NCBI GenBank assembly: GCA_040879435.1
Contig: JBBDKG010000017.1
Span: 2,060-66,059, forward strand
Direction of reading: 5' to 3'
Origin: Minisyncoccota bacterium
Lineage (GTDB): Bacteria; Patescibacteriota; Minisyncoccia; Phycocordibacterales; UBA918
DNA length: 64,000 nucleotides
The notes under the pieces were generated by a model, which was not told where the DNA came from, did not search any database, and saw only the letters and a program-made list of their open reading frames with translations. The position numbers and the translations under genes were made by a program. The stretch's first letter is position 1, and the number at the start of each line of letters is the position of its first letter. Of the stretch, positions 8,304 to 16,800 are shown in pieces.

Positions 8304-10136
8304 CTACTTCTTCAGCTGCTTTGTGAGTTTCTCGAACGTGTCGATATCGGCCTTTTGATTCTCCAGTGCATCAAGGAAGGTTTCCTTGCGTGTGGTGTCT
8401 ATATCGATCGCTTTGAAGATATTAGCAACGGTATCTGACTCCCCCAATGAGAGGAAACGGTCGATCTCTGCTGCGTATCCGTTGTCTTCTTTGTATCGGT
8501 CGGCCATGAGGGTGCTCATAAGGAGACCGAACGCGTACGTGTATACATAGAAACCAAATCGTAGATGCGGCACGTACACATACGAGTATCCATCGTCCTT
8601 GGTGACCGAAACTGCGGGACCAAGGTATGAGCGTAAATGTTTCTGCATGCATGTCGCGAGTTCATCGTTCGTCATACCGCCGGTCGCGTGGATCGTGTTG
8701 TGGATCTCCAATTCGCAGTTAAAGAAGGCGATCTGGCGTTCGATGGTCGAAATGTCGCGGGTGATACGGTCGTGAAGCAGTGTCATCTGTTGCTTCGTAC
8801 TTGCCTGTGCATAAACGGCATCGAACATCAGGTTCTCAAAGAGCGTACTGGCGGTCTCCGCGGTCGTGATCGAGTGTCCGTCATAGAACGGTGTGTTCTG
8901 TGCACTCCGCTCAGCATGGATCGCGTGTCCCATCTCGTGCGCTAGTGTCTCAAGCGAGGAGAATGTACTCGTGTGGTTGAGGAACACATGGGTTGGATGT
9001 CCCGTTTCAGCGGACATGAATGCACCACCTCGCTTCCCCTTCTTCGGGAATACGTCGATCTGTCCGCCGGTGAGCATGGTGTCGAATAGCTCACCGTAGC
9101 GTGGCTGGACGCCATAGAACACGTCACGACAGATCTCTACCGCCTGCGGAAACTCGATTGTCGGCGCCGTACCGATCGGTTCATACTTCTCTGTGTAGTG
9201 GAGCTGTTTGGTACCGTGATAACGTGCTTTGATCTTGTAGAAGCGGGCGCTTTGGGTAAAACCCTTGGTCGAAACAGCTTCGACCAATCGCTCAATGCTT
9301 TCTTCGGTGTCCTCGTAGCCAAGCGCAGTCCCGCTGTATGGTTTCTCGTACTTGCGGAGTTCGTCCTCGGTCCGCACATCAGTGATGATGGCATTGAACT
9401 CATGTTCAGCGACCTCACCGAGCTGTTTCATTTCAGTGATGATCTTTGCCCACAGCTGTTTCCGCTTTGGTGCCTTTAGCTCATCAAGCATCGCCAGAGC
9501 ATGCGGAATGTGTATCTCCGTTCCCTTCCACTGAACGGCACGGTTCGCGATGAGTTGATCCACCATATCCACCCACCGTCCGTACGCCTGACTCCCTTTG
9601 AGAGAGATGATCTTCTCTTCTGCTTCGGTGAGGTGGTGCTTGGCGCCGCGAAAGACACGCTCGAGGTAGTACCGGAAGTGTGCAAGCTTCGGGTCAGCAA
9701 GGAACTTTTGCTGCTTTTGTTTCGGTAGCTTCCCGAGTGTCAACACGAAGAAAAGGGTCTGCTCCCCTGCTTTGCGCAGTCGTTTGGAAATCAGGGTGAG
9801 TTGCTTCTGGGCAACAGTATCTCGCGCATTGAGTGCGCTTCGGAAGCTAAAGTAGCGGCCGGGACGTGAGATTGCCGGCATGCCTGAGAGCTTCTCGTAT
9901 TCGGTTAGTGCCCGCTTCAGTGTCGTGGCATCTTTAGTGAAGTCGACTGAACTCCACTTCTTTGCAAAGGCCGTGTATGCCTTCTCGGCGGTTTTCAGGT
10001 CTGCTTCGATCTTTGGGTCCTTCTCGTTTTTGTAATACAAGCGCTTCAAATCCCATTCCGTCTTGATTGTTGCAAGTTTCGGAAGTGTTTGGGTTGGCGT
10101 GTATGCAAATCTATTTTTTGAGGCTTTTTTCGACAT
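8304..10136 (-). CDS. pepF: oligoendopeptidase F, M3B family metallopeptidase
   Basis: 610 aa with the zinc-binding HEXXH motif in LAHEMGHAIH and M3-like overall length. Confidence 0.85.
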   Translation of the reverse strand: MSKKASKNRFAYTPTQTLPKLATIKTEWDLKRLYYKNEKDPKIEADLKTAEKAYTAFAKKWSSVDFTKDATTLKRALTEYEKLSGMPAISRPGRYFSFRSALNARDTVAQKQLTLISKRLRKAGEQTLFFVLTLGKLPKQKQQKFLADPKLAHFRYYLERVFRGAKHHLTEAEEKIISLKGSQAYGRWVDMVDQLIANRAVQWKGTEIHIPHALAMLDELKAPKRKQLWAKIITEMKQLGEVAEHEFNAIITDVRTEDELRKYEKPYSGTALGYEDTEESIERLVEAVSTKGFTQSARFYKIKARYHGTKQLHYTEKYEPIGTAPTIEFPQAVEICRDVFYGVQPRYGELFDTMLTGGQIDVFPKKGKRGGAFMSAETGHPTHVFLNHTSTFSSLETLAHEMGHAIHAERSAQNTPFYDGHSITTAETASTLFENLMFDAVYAQASTKQQMTLLHDRITRDISTIERQIAFFNCELEIHNTIHATGGMTNDELATCMQKHLRSYLGPAVSVTKDDGYSYVYVPHLRFGFYVYTYAFGLLMSTLMADRYKEDNGYAAEIDRFLSLGESDTVANIFKAIDIDTTRKETFLDALENQKADIDTFEKLTKQLKK

Positions 10137-10752
10137 CTAAAATGAAATTCTTGTATTCCGTATAAACGTGGTTGAATTCGCCGACGATATCATTCTGCAA
10201 CCGGTTGTTGAGTGTATTGCTTATGTCCTGATACATCAAGGCGCGTTCCTCGATCGATCCACCAAAATCCTTCATAAACCGCTTATGATCGGTGAAGTAT
10301 TCTTCCACCGTTGTACGCATATTATGGATCTTATCTGCTGCTGCGATAAGGAGTGCCTCTTCTGGGGCTGTCTTGAGCTGTTTGGCGTATGCTTTCTTCC
10401 GCTCCTGCCATGTGTGTGGCTCTTCCTCTGTGTCGCGTGGCTCACTCACCGCCTTCACGATCGAGAGGACCTTGTCTCCGAAGTCCTGTCGAAGTTCGTC
10501 TTCGGTGTAGTCAGTGTCCTCGAGTGTGTCATGGAGGAGCGCTCCGATGAATGCGTCCTCACTCTTCGAGTAGTCCGCGACGATGAGTGCGACGGCGATA
10601 AGGTGTGTCGAGTATGGTATGGGGACGACGCCTTTCCGTACCTGATCGCGGTGCAGTATTGTGGCTGCACGGATCGCCTGCTCGACGCGGTATGAATACA
10701 ACATACAGGAGTGTGTCCTCTGAGTGATAATGTTCGCTTGCAACCATACCAC
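10111..10752 (-). CDS. HD-domain (p)ppGpp hydrolase-like protein (RelA/SpoT HD domain only)
   Basis: The motif STHLIAVALIV...ALLHDTLEDT has the HD dyad typical of the SpoT hydrolase domain. The true start is probably the internal Met at ~10704. The 3' end overlaps the pepF start by 26 nt. Confidence 0.7.
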   Translation of the reverse strand: MVWLQANIITQRTHSCMLYSYRVEQAIRAATILHRDQVRKGVVPIPYSTHLIAVALIVADYSKSEDAFIGALLHDTLEDTDYTEDELRQDFGDKVLSIVKAVSEPRDTEEEPHTWQERKKAYAKQLKTAPEEALLIAAADKIHNMRTTVEEYFTDHKRFMKDFGGSIEERALMYQDISNTLNNRLQNDIVGEFNHVYTEYKNFILDVEKSLKK

Positions 10753-10776
10753 GAAACCAACAGTTCATGAAGGAAG

Positions 10777-11448
10777 CTACGCCGTCCATTCGACCGGTTC
10801 TTGTCCGTGCGCTTCCAGGTATTCATTTGCCGAACTGAAGTGCCTATTCCCAAAGAATCCGCTGTGCGCTGAAAACGGTGACGGATGCGCTGATTCAAGT
10901 ACACAATGCTTCGTCCGGTCAATGAATGCCCCTTTTTGCTTTGCGTAGTTGCCCCAGAGCATGAAGACGAGTTGCTCACGCTCGGTAGCGAGTGCATGGA
11001 CAGCTGCATCGGTCAGTTCCTCCCACCCTTTCTTCTGGTGGGAGCCAGGAGTGCGTGCACGCACGGTGAGCGTGGCGTTCAGAAGGAGCACGCCCTGCTT
11101 TGCCCAACGGGTCAGGTCGCCGTCTTTGGTCGTCACAGACGTACCAAGGTCCGATTCGATCTCCTTGTATATGTTCTGAAGTGATGGTGGCACAGCGACA
11201 CCAGCATTTACCGCAAAGCAGAGGCCGTTGGCCTGCTGTGGTCCGTGATACGGATCCTGTCCGAGAATGACTACCTTCACCTCATCGAATGGACACAGAT
11301 CGAATGCACGGAATATCTCCTTCGGCGGTGGATACACCGTCGTCGTTTCGTATTCACTTCGGACGAAGGAACGGAGATCTTCGAAATATGGCTTCTCGAA
11401 CTCATCCAGCAGACGCTCCTTCCATGATGGTTCGATCAGTACGTCCAT
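10777..11448 (-). CDS. ung: uracil-DNA glycosylase, family 1
   Basis: Contains the GQDPYH water-activating motif, the HPSPFSA His motif and the LLLN motif; 223 aa. Confidence 0.9.
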   Translation of the reverse strand: MDVLIEPSWKERLLDEFEKPYFEDLRSFVRSEYETTTVYPPPKEIFRAFDLCPFDEVKVVILGQDPYHGPQQANGLCFAVNAGVAVPPSLQNIYKEIESDLGTSVTTKDGDLTRWAKQGVLLLNATLTVRARTPGSHQKKGWEELTDAAVHALATEREQLVFMLWGNYAKQKGAFIDRTKHCVLESAHPSPFSAHSGFFGNRHFSSANEYLEAHGQEPVEWTA

Positions 11449-11463
11449 ACTACATGCAGTGAC

Positions 11464-11757
11464 TTATGACTTGCCTAGCTTTCGCTCAAGGTCTCTTAAC
11501 TCTTGTTTAATCTTGTCGAGTTTTCGTTCCTTTTCTCTCAAGTCTGATTTGAGCTCGGTTTCTTCCTTTCTCAAAAGATTCTTCTTGTTCTCAGCCACCT
11601 TCTTAAGGTCGTTTATCGCCGTTTCGGTTTCCTTCTGAAGCGTACGTTCATCGTTCGGTATCTCGCTCAATCTCGCTCGAAGTTGGGTTATCTCAAGGTT
11701 GAAGTCTTCGAGATTTTGAAGAAACTCCGCTTGTTGACGTTCATCGTTTCTGTCCAT
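11464..11757 (-). CDS. hypothetical coiled-coil protein
   Basis: 97 aa, highly charged K/E/R/L-rich heptad-like sequence. Sits between ogt and ung in the same operon. Confidence 0.4.
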   Translation of the reverse strand: MDRNDERQQAEFLQNLEDFNLEITQLRARLSEIPNDERTLQKETETAINDLKKVAENKKNLLRKEETELKSDLREKERKLDKIKQELRDLERKLGKS

Positions 11758-11759
11758 AA

Positions 11760-12023
11760 TTACACAGTTACCCCTTCAGCTTCTAATAACTCCCGCTTGC
11801 GTTCAATGCCGCCACGGTTATACCCGCCCAGTTTACCATCTGAACGGACCACCCGATGGCACGGCACGGTCGGATCGTAGTTGTTCGCCATGACGTTCGC
11901 GACCGCACGGTGCGCATTCGGGTATCCTGCCGCATACGCGACCTCCTTGTATGACAGCACAGTCCCCTTCGGGATCTGCCGTACGACACCACTCACGCGT
12001 TCAGCGAATGTTGATGTATTCAT
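11760..12023 (-). CDS. ogt: methylated-DNA--protein-cysteine methyltransferase (MGMT/Ogt C-terminal active domain only)
   Basis: 87 aa with the PCHRVV active-site cysteine motif, GKLGGY and LLEAEG motifs of the MGMT DNA-binding/active domain. The ATG overlaps the stop of the upstream nuclease gene (ATGA). Confidence 0.8.
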   Translation of the reverse strand: MNTSTFAERVSGVVRQIPKGTVLSYKEVAYAAGYPNAHRAVANVMANNYDPTVPCHRVVRSDGKLGGYNRGGIERKRELLEAEGVTV

Positions 12024-12805
12024 GTTGTTAGTTTCTTATGAATCGCTTGCAACTTCTTGCCGGCAGCAGCGCGGTACGGGCAGAACTCACACATACTCCC
12101 TTCCGGCGGTACGGTCTCCTGCTCAAGAAGGTCCTTTATCTCTCCGAGTGTCCCCTCGATCCAGTCCACCTTGGTCGGGCATGATACGAGCGTGGTCTCA
12201 AATATGAGTTTGTCATCGAAGGCGTCCTCGTCCTTTGAAGCGTTCGCGTAGACCAGGTATCCGGTCTCTTCGACGGTAAAGCCGTTCTGCTCCAAAAGCC
12301 ACCGATACACGCCGAGCTGCCGCTGATACTGTTGCTCCCACGGACTGTCTCCGAGCTTCTCGATACGGTCCGCTTTTGAGGTCGCTTTGTAGTCAACGAC
12401 GATGAGTGAACCTGATGGTGTGACCCAGAGATCGTCGACCGCACCACAGACCGTGAGACCGGTGGGTTTGTGTACATGGTCAACACCAGTGAAGTTGTCG
12501 CGCCATGCGTCGAGTGAGTCGTGTTGGAAGGGTACCGCATCGATCTTGTACTTCTCCATGATCGGGTGTGCTGTCCCGTTCTTCCGGTGCACATCGAACT
12601 CCTTCTTGAAAAGTTCATCAACTGCGATGTTGAGATTGAAGGACGGCATGCCCGGTCGTTTGGTTCCGAGCTTGTTGTCGAGATAAAAGCATCGTGGACA
12701 CTCCATGAAGAGGTCGATCTTCGAGCGAGACAGCCGCCATTTCGCGCCGTCGTAGTTCCAGTCTGCACTCCGATCGGGATTGTATCGTTTCTCGAAGGTT
12801 GCCAT
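12020..12805 (-). CDS. PD-(D/E)xK nuclease with Cas4/RecB-like Fe-S cysteine pattern
   Basis: 261 aa. N-terminal CPRCFY; nuclease core VDDLW...LIVVDYKATS (D...D/E-x-K); C-terminal cysteines VSCPTK...SMCEFCPY. This resembles Cas4/DUF83-family 4Fe-4S nucleases. Confidence 0.6.
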   Translation of the reverse strand: MATFEKRYNPDRSADWNYDGAKWRLSRSKIDLFMECPRCFYLDNKLGTKRPGMPSFNLNIAVDELFKKEFDVHRKNGTAHPIMEKYKIDAVPFQHDSLDAWRDNFTGVDHVHKPTGLTVCGAVDDLWVTPSGSLIVVDYKATSKADRIEKLGDSPWEQQYQRQLGVYRWLLEQNGFTVEETGYLVYANASKDEDAFDDKLIFETTLVSCPTKVDWIEGTLGEIKDLLEQETVPPEGSMCEFCPYRAAAGKKLQAIHKKLTT

Positions 12806-12825
12806 AGAATACTAGTGTATCACAT

Positions 12826-12850
12826 ACAAAAAACGCCCCGAGGGGCGCTT
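12826..12850 (-). terminator. intrinsic terminator (GC hairpin CGCCCC/GGGGCG followed by U-run on minus strand)
   Basis: On the minus strand the sequence reads GCGCCCCTCGGGGCGTTTTTTGTATG, immediately downstream of the 12870..13421 gene. Confidence 0.6.
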
Positions 12851-12869
12851 GTTGTACCACGTATGTGGG

Positions 12870-13421
12870 TTATTCAGCGGTGAAGACCTCCACCGCTCCG
12901 CCGATCTGTGTATCGACAGCAGCGCTGAATGAACGGTCTCCGTTATCACTGAAGAATACGATCGCGTACTCATTGCCAGCGGTCGTGCTGCGAAGCAGTT
13001 TGACCTGTGTCGGCAACAGACCCTCGGCCTTGCTGAACCGGGCGACACCAAGGATGGAGCCGACCTCACCGTTCGCATACTCACGTACACCGATCCAACC
13101 TTCGTCGGTTGGGAACGTTGCGTTTGAAATGGTAACGGTCGATCCAGCGTCCTGGTCGCTCACACGGACACTGCCGTCACCTGTTTGAATGGTGTTGGCT
13201 GGCGCTTGTGCATTCGGCGCATCATCATCTGTGGATGCCGAACGGTCAGCATCGTCGCTCTCCGTCTGCATAGTGTTGTCCATCTCATCCTCGACGGTCG
13301 GCGTTTCGGCTGTGGTGCCGCCAAAGATAAAGACGAGAAGTCCACCGATCACCAATCCGGCGATAAATGCGACAACGGTCTTCTGTGCTTCGTTACTGTT
13401 CTGTGTATCTTGCTCTGACAT
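12870..13421 (-). CDS. hypothetical membrane-anchored protein (N-terminal TM, acidic linker, C-terminal beta-rich domain)
   Basis: 183 aa. TM helix VVAFIAGLVIGGLLVFIFGG followed by a D/E-rich region. Confidence 0.4.
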   Translation of the reverse strand: MSEQDTQNSNEAQKTVVAFIAGLVIGGLLVFIFGGTTAETPTVEDEMDNTMQTESDDADRSASTDDDAPNAQAPANTIQTGDGSVRVSDQDAGSTVTISNATFPTDEGWIGVREYANGEVGSILGVARFSKAEGLLPTQVKLLRSTTAGNEYAIVFFSDNGDRSFSAAVDTQIGGAVEVFTAE

Positions 13422-13468
13422 ATTTGGAATTACTGAAATACCACTAATATGCCCTGATTATATCGTTT

Positions 13469-14299
13469 TTATAGGATTTGACAGAGTTGACGCGCTTCAG
13501 AAAGTACTGCCTCGACCTTTCGTTCGCTCAGATGCACGTGTCGGAGTACTTGCGGTCGCTTCACCAGATCATTGCATACAATGATATTACGGCTCACCAG
13601 AGCCTGTTTTTGTGCGTTGCTCAAGCTTTGAAGCACGGTGATCGGATAGTGGCCGGTGGCACGGATACGGTCGTGGAGGTTGTGTTCCTTGGGGTATTCC
13701 CAGCTCAAAAGCGAGAGACCGGCGCAATTCGCATACTGCTTCGCCATTGAGGTGAACTTCGTGTTCGTGATGATCATGAACTCGCTGATGCCGCAGACAT
13801 CAGCCTCACAGATCTTTCGTGATTCAAGATCGAGTTTTCGTGCCTGGCAGTATAGTGCGACCTGCAGATCAGATTTGATTCCGGGACGAGCATGGAACTT
13901 CGCTTCAGCGACGAACGAGTGGTCCTCCTTGTATGCCGCGATGTCTATCTCATGCGGCACGCAGTTTCCTTCAATGACGGTACCGGTACTGACCGTGTAC
14001 CCTTCCTCTTCAAAGATGCGAGCAAGAAAGTCTTCGAACGGAAAACCGGTCGGTCCGAGACCGAAGAGTGCACGACGGAGCGAGTATCGAGCAGCAGCCG
14101 GCACTTCCTCTTCGCGCAGGTACGCGAATGCCTTGCGGTATATTTCCTCGGTGGAAATGTTTTCACGGAGCTCCTTCTCAACACGTGAAAGTACACTGGT
14201 GACCTCACTGTCACTCGCGCCTGCTTTCCGAAGCGAGTTCTGGAGCTTTTCTTCCTTGAACGGTTCAATGGAGCCGTCTGCTTTGATGATGTTGACCAT
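13469..14299 (-). CDS. ATP-cone domain fused to Mrr-like restriction endonuclease catalytic domain
   Basis: N-terminus MVNIIKADGSIEPFKEEKLQNSLRKAGA...EEIYRKAFAYL matches the ATP-cone. The following FEEEGY...HEIDIAAYKEDHSFVAEAKFH (D-x12-EAK) and ITNTKFTSMAKQYA match the Mrr_cat PD-(D/E)xK fold. Confidence 0.7.
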   Translation of the reverse strand: MVNIIKADGSIEPFKEEKLQNSLRKAGASDSEVTSVLSRVEKELRENISTEEIYRKAFAYLREEEVPAAARYSLRRALFGLGPTGFPFEDFLARIFEEEGYTVSTGTVIEGNCVPHEIDIAAYKEDHSFVAEAKFHARPGIKSDLQVALYCQARKLDLESRKICEADVCGISEFMIITNTKFTSMAKQYANCAGLSLLSWEYPKEHNLHDRIRATGHYPITVLQSLSNAQKQALVSRNIIVCNDLVKRPQVLRHVHLSERKVEAVLSEARQLCQIL

Positions 14300-14392
14300 G
14301 ATTGTGTATTACATGGTATCACGGGCGTTGCTACTGAATTAATCGAGAAGTTGATTTAGAAGCTAAGGTTTGTCTAAAGTTATGTTGGGATT

Positions 14393-14665
14393 TTATTCAA
14401 ACCCATCCATTGTTTTGTTGTAGCCATGTGTCTTGATTTCGTACACTTTCTGGAGGCATTGGGTAGGAGTTAACGAGTCGATATGCCTTTCAAAAAAGCC
14501 TCCAAACAGCAAATAAAATCCGTGTTCCACTTCTCCTTGATTTCGACTTTGCATTGCAATTTCTTTTTTAAGAACCTCGCATGGGCTGAATGTTCCATAT
14601 ATGAAGAAGACTGCACTACTTGAAAGCAAAATAACTCCAACCATTCCTCCAATAATAATTTTCAT
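14393..14665 (-). CDS. small hypothetical protein with N-terminal hydrophobic segment; AT-rich gene
   Basis: 90-aa ORF in a local low-GC stretch. No family recognised. Confidence 0.3.
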   Translation of the reverse strand: MKIIIGGMVGVILLSSSAVFFIYGTFSPCEVLKKEIAMQSRNQGEVEHGFYLLFGGFFERHIDSLTPTQCLQKVYEIKTHGYNKTMDGFE

Positions 14666-14717
14666 CTTCTAATTATAGCAACACAACTTGCTGCCACCGG
14701 GCGGCTTTCCATTACCC

Positions 14718-15770
14718 CTACCCCACAACCCCACCCCCAAGACACACTTCCCTATCGTAAAGCACACAAGACTGCCCCGCCGCCGGCCGTTCAACCGACT
14801 CTGTTGGCACTATTGTGCACGTATCATTGGCAATGTTCGAAACCACAGCGCGCGCTGGCGTCTGCCGATAGCGGAACTGCACAAACATCTCGTCTCCTTC
14901 CTTTGGAACCTCAGCAATCCAGTTTGTTTCAATGAGTGAGATACCTTGCTGTGCAGGCAGGACGGGAGGGTGCTCTGCTATGGTTATCGTGTTCTCTTCC
15001 ATATCCTTCCCCACCACATAGTGCGCTCGTGTTTCCGTGTCAGCGTTCGATACAGTGAACCCGTGGCGTTGTCCAAGCGTATACACCAGCGCACCGTTGT
15101 GTGTCCCAATAACTTCTCCTTTCTCATTCAATACATTCCCCTGCTTCAACTCCACAAAATGTGACATGAACTCCGGTATATCAACATGCCCCAGAAAACA
15201 AATGCCCTGGCTATCCTTTTTCGCAGCGGTCGGAATGCCCGCACGTGCGGCCTCAGCCCGGATCTCTTTCTTAGTGCTATCCCCGACCGGCAGTAATACA
15301 TGCGCCAGCTGTTCCTGCGTCAGTGTCCAGAGAAAATAGGACTGATCCTTGTCTGCATCAACTCCACGCAGTAGTCGGCTATCCTTAACCTGCGCGTAGT
15401 GGCCGGTCGCGATCATATCTGCCCCGTGTTCTTTGGCGAACGAAAGGAACGCACCGAACTTCACCGCTTTGTTGCACATCACGTCAGGATTAGGTGTCCT
15501 GCCCGCCATATACTCACGCACAAAATAATCACCCACTTCTGTTTGGTATGCTTCTTCCGCGTCACAGGTCAAAAACGGAATGTCGAGGTGAGCAGCGACG
15601 CGCATCGCGTCAAGCCGCTCCTCCTCCCAGTTGCAGACAAGAAAGTCCGGGTGCCAGACCTTTATAAATACCCCGACCACTGCATAGCCCTCCTTTTGCA
15701 GACGCAGTGCGGCAACAGCGGAGTCCACACCGCCTGAGAGCCCTACAAACACGGTCTTTTGTGTCGTCAT
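14718..15770 (-). CDS. mnmA: tRNA-specific 2-thiouridylase MnmA
   Basis: PP-loop SGGVDS at the N-terminus, catalytic Cys residues, ~350 aa. The likely start is Met8 of the listed ORF (MTTQKTVFVGLSGGVDS). Confidence 0.9.
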   Translation of the reverse strand: MTTQKTVFVGLSGGVDSAVAALRLQKEGYAVVGVFIKVWHPDFLVCNWEEERLDAMRVAAHLDIPFLTCDAEEAYQTEVGDYFVREYMAGRTPNPDVMCNKAVKFGAFLSFAKEHGADMIATGHYAQVKDSRLLRGVDADKDQSYFLWTLTQEQLAHVLLPVGDSTKKEIRAEAARAGIPTAAKKDSQGICFLGHVDIPEFMSHFVELKQGNVLNEKGEVIGTHNGALVYTLGQRHGFTVSNADTETRAHYVVGKDMEENTITIAEHPPVLPAQQGISLIETNWIAEVPKEGDEMFVQFRYRQTPARAVVSNIANDTCTIVPTESVERPAAGQSCVLYDREVCLGGGVVG

Positions 15771-15797
15771 GTCCCACCGACGATAGCACACGCCCAG

Positions 15798-16739
15798 CTA
15801 CAAATACAACTCGATGTTGCGAAGGTGTTTGTCATACGTCTCGGCGTAGTAGAAGTTGCCGTCGGTGCCGGTGATATAGAAAAAGTAGTCGCTCTCCATC
15901 GGATCAAGTGCGGCCTCCACAGCAGACACTCCGGGGTTGCCGATCGGTGTCGGAGGGAGGCCGACATTGAGGTACGTGTTGTATGGAGATTCCGTTTTCA
16001 GGTCATCAGGTGTCAGTTCGTTAAGCGGCCGGTCGATAACGTATTCCATTGATGCATCTACCTGAAGTGGCATACCAGCCTCCAAACGGTTCATGAGAAT
16101 ACCCGCTACCATACGCATACTCTCTTTCGAGTTCGCTTCACGTTCAAGCAGCGACGCGAGTGTCAGAACCTCATACTCTGAAAGACCGGTGGTATTCGTG
16201 GCCATAAGTGGTGAGATGGTCTTGCGGTACGTCTGCAGCATGAGGTCGATCAATTCCGGAGCTGTGTATGTGTATGGGAGATAGTACGTGTCCGGAAAGA
16301 GGTACCCCTCGAACTCGTGGGTATGGTCGAGAAAGTATTGTGCGTTGAATTCCGGAAGGTATCGGTCAGCAAGTATTGCGTAGTGCGCTGCGCTGGTTCC
16401 TTCGTAGAATGTAATGGTGAGATGTCTGGTCGGCGGATTATCATCTGTGATAAGCCGTGCCACCTCAAAGACGTTGTATGGTTCACGGAACACGTATGAA
16501 CCGGCCTTCACACTGCTTGGATCGTGCAAGAGCACGATCGCAAGATACAGCATATCGGTCGAGCGAACCACGCGGCGTTCAGCGAGCATGTCGGCGATCC
16601 CGCTGGCACTGAGTCCCGGTTCTATTGTGACGGGTGTGTTCACCGGGAATGCTTTCGGCGGCTGAATGAGCCATACAAACGCAACGAAGCTGAGGAGTAG
16701 GACGACACCGAGCACAGAGAACCACAGCACGTGTGTCAT
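15798..16739 (-). CDS. mltG: endolytic murein transglycosylase MltG (YceG-like)
   Basis: N-terminal TM helix followed by a YceG domain (LASLLEREA...). Starting at the internal Met (MTHVLWFSVLG) removes the overlap with the upstream gene. Confidence 0.8.
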   Translation of the reverse strand: MTHVLWFSVLGVVLLLSFVAFVWLIQPPKAFPVNTPVTIEPGLSASGIADMLAERRVVRSTDMLYLAIVLLHDPSSVKAGSYVFREPYNVFEVARLITDDNPPTRHLTITFYEGTSAAHYAILADRYLPEFNAQYFLDHTHEFEGYLFPDTYYLPYTYTAPELIDLMLQTYRKTISPLMATNTTGLSEYEVLTLASLLEREANSKESMRMVAGILMNRLEAGMPLQVDASMEYVIDRPLNELTPDDLKTESPYNTYLNVGLPPTPIGNPGVSAVEAALDPMESDYFFYITGTDGNFYYAETYDKHLRNIELYL

Positions 16740-16800
16740 GCTAACCTCCTTTATCCGGGCAAGTAGCTGTACAGCGGGTTCGGGAATGTTCATACCATGC

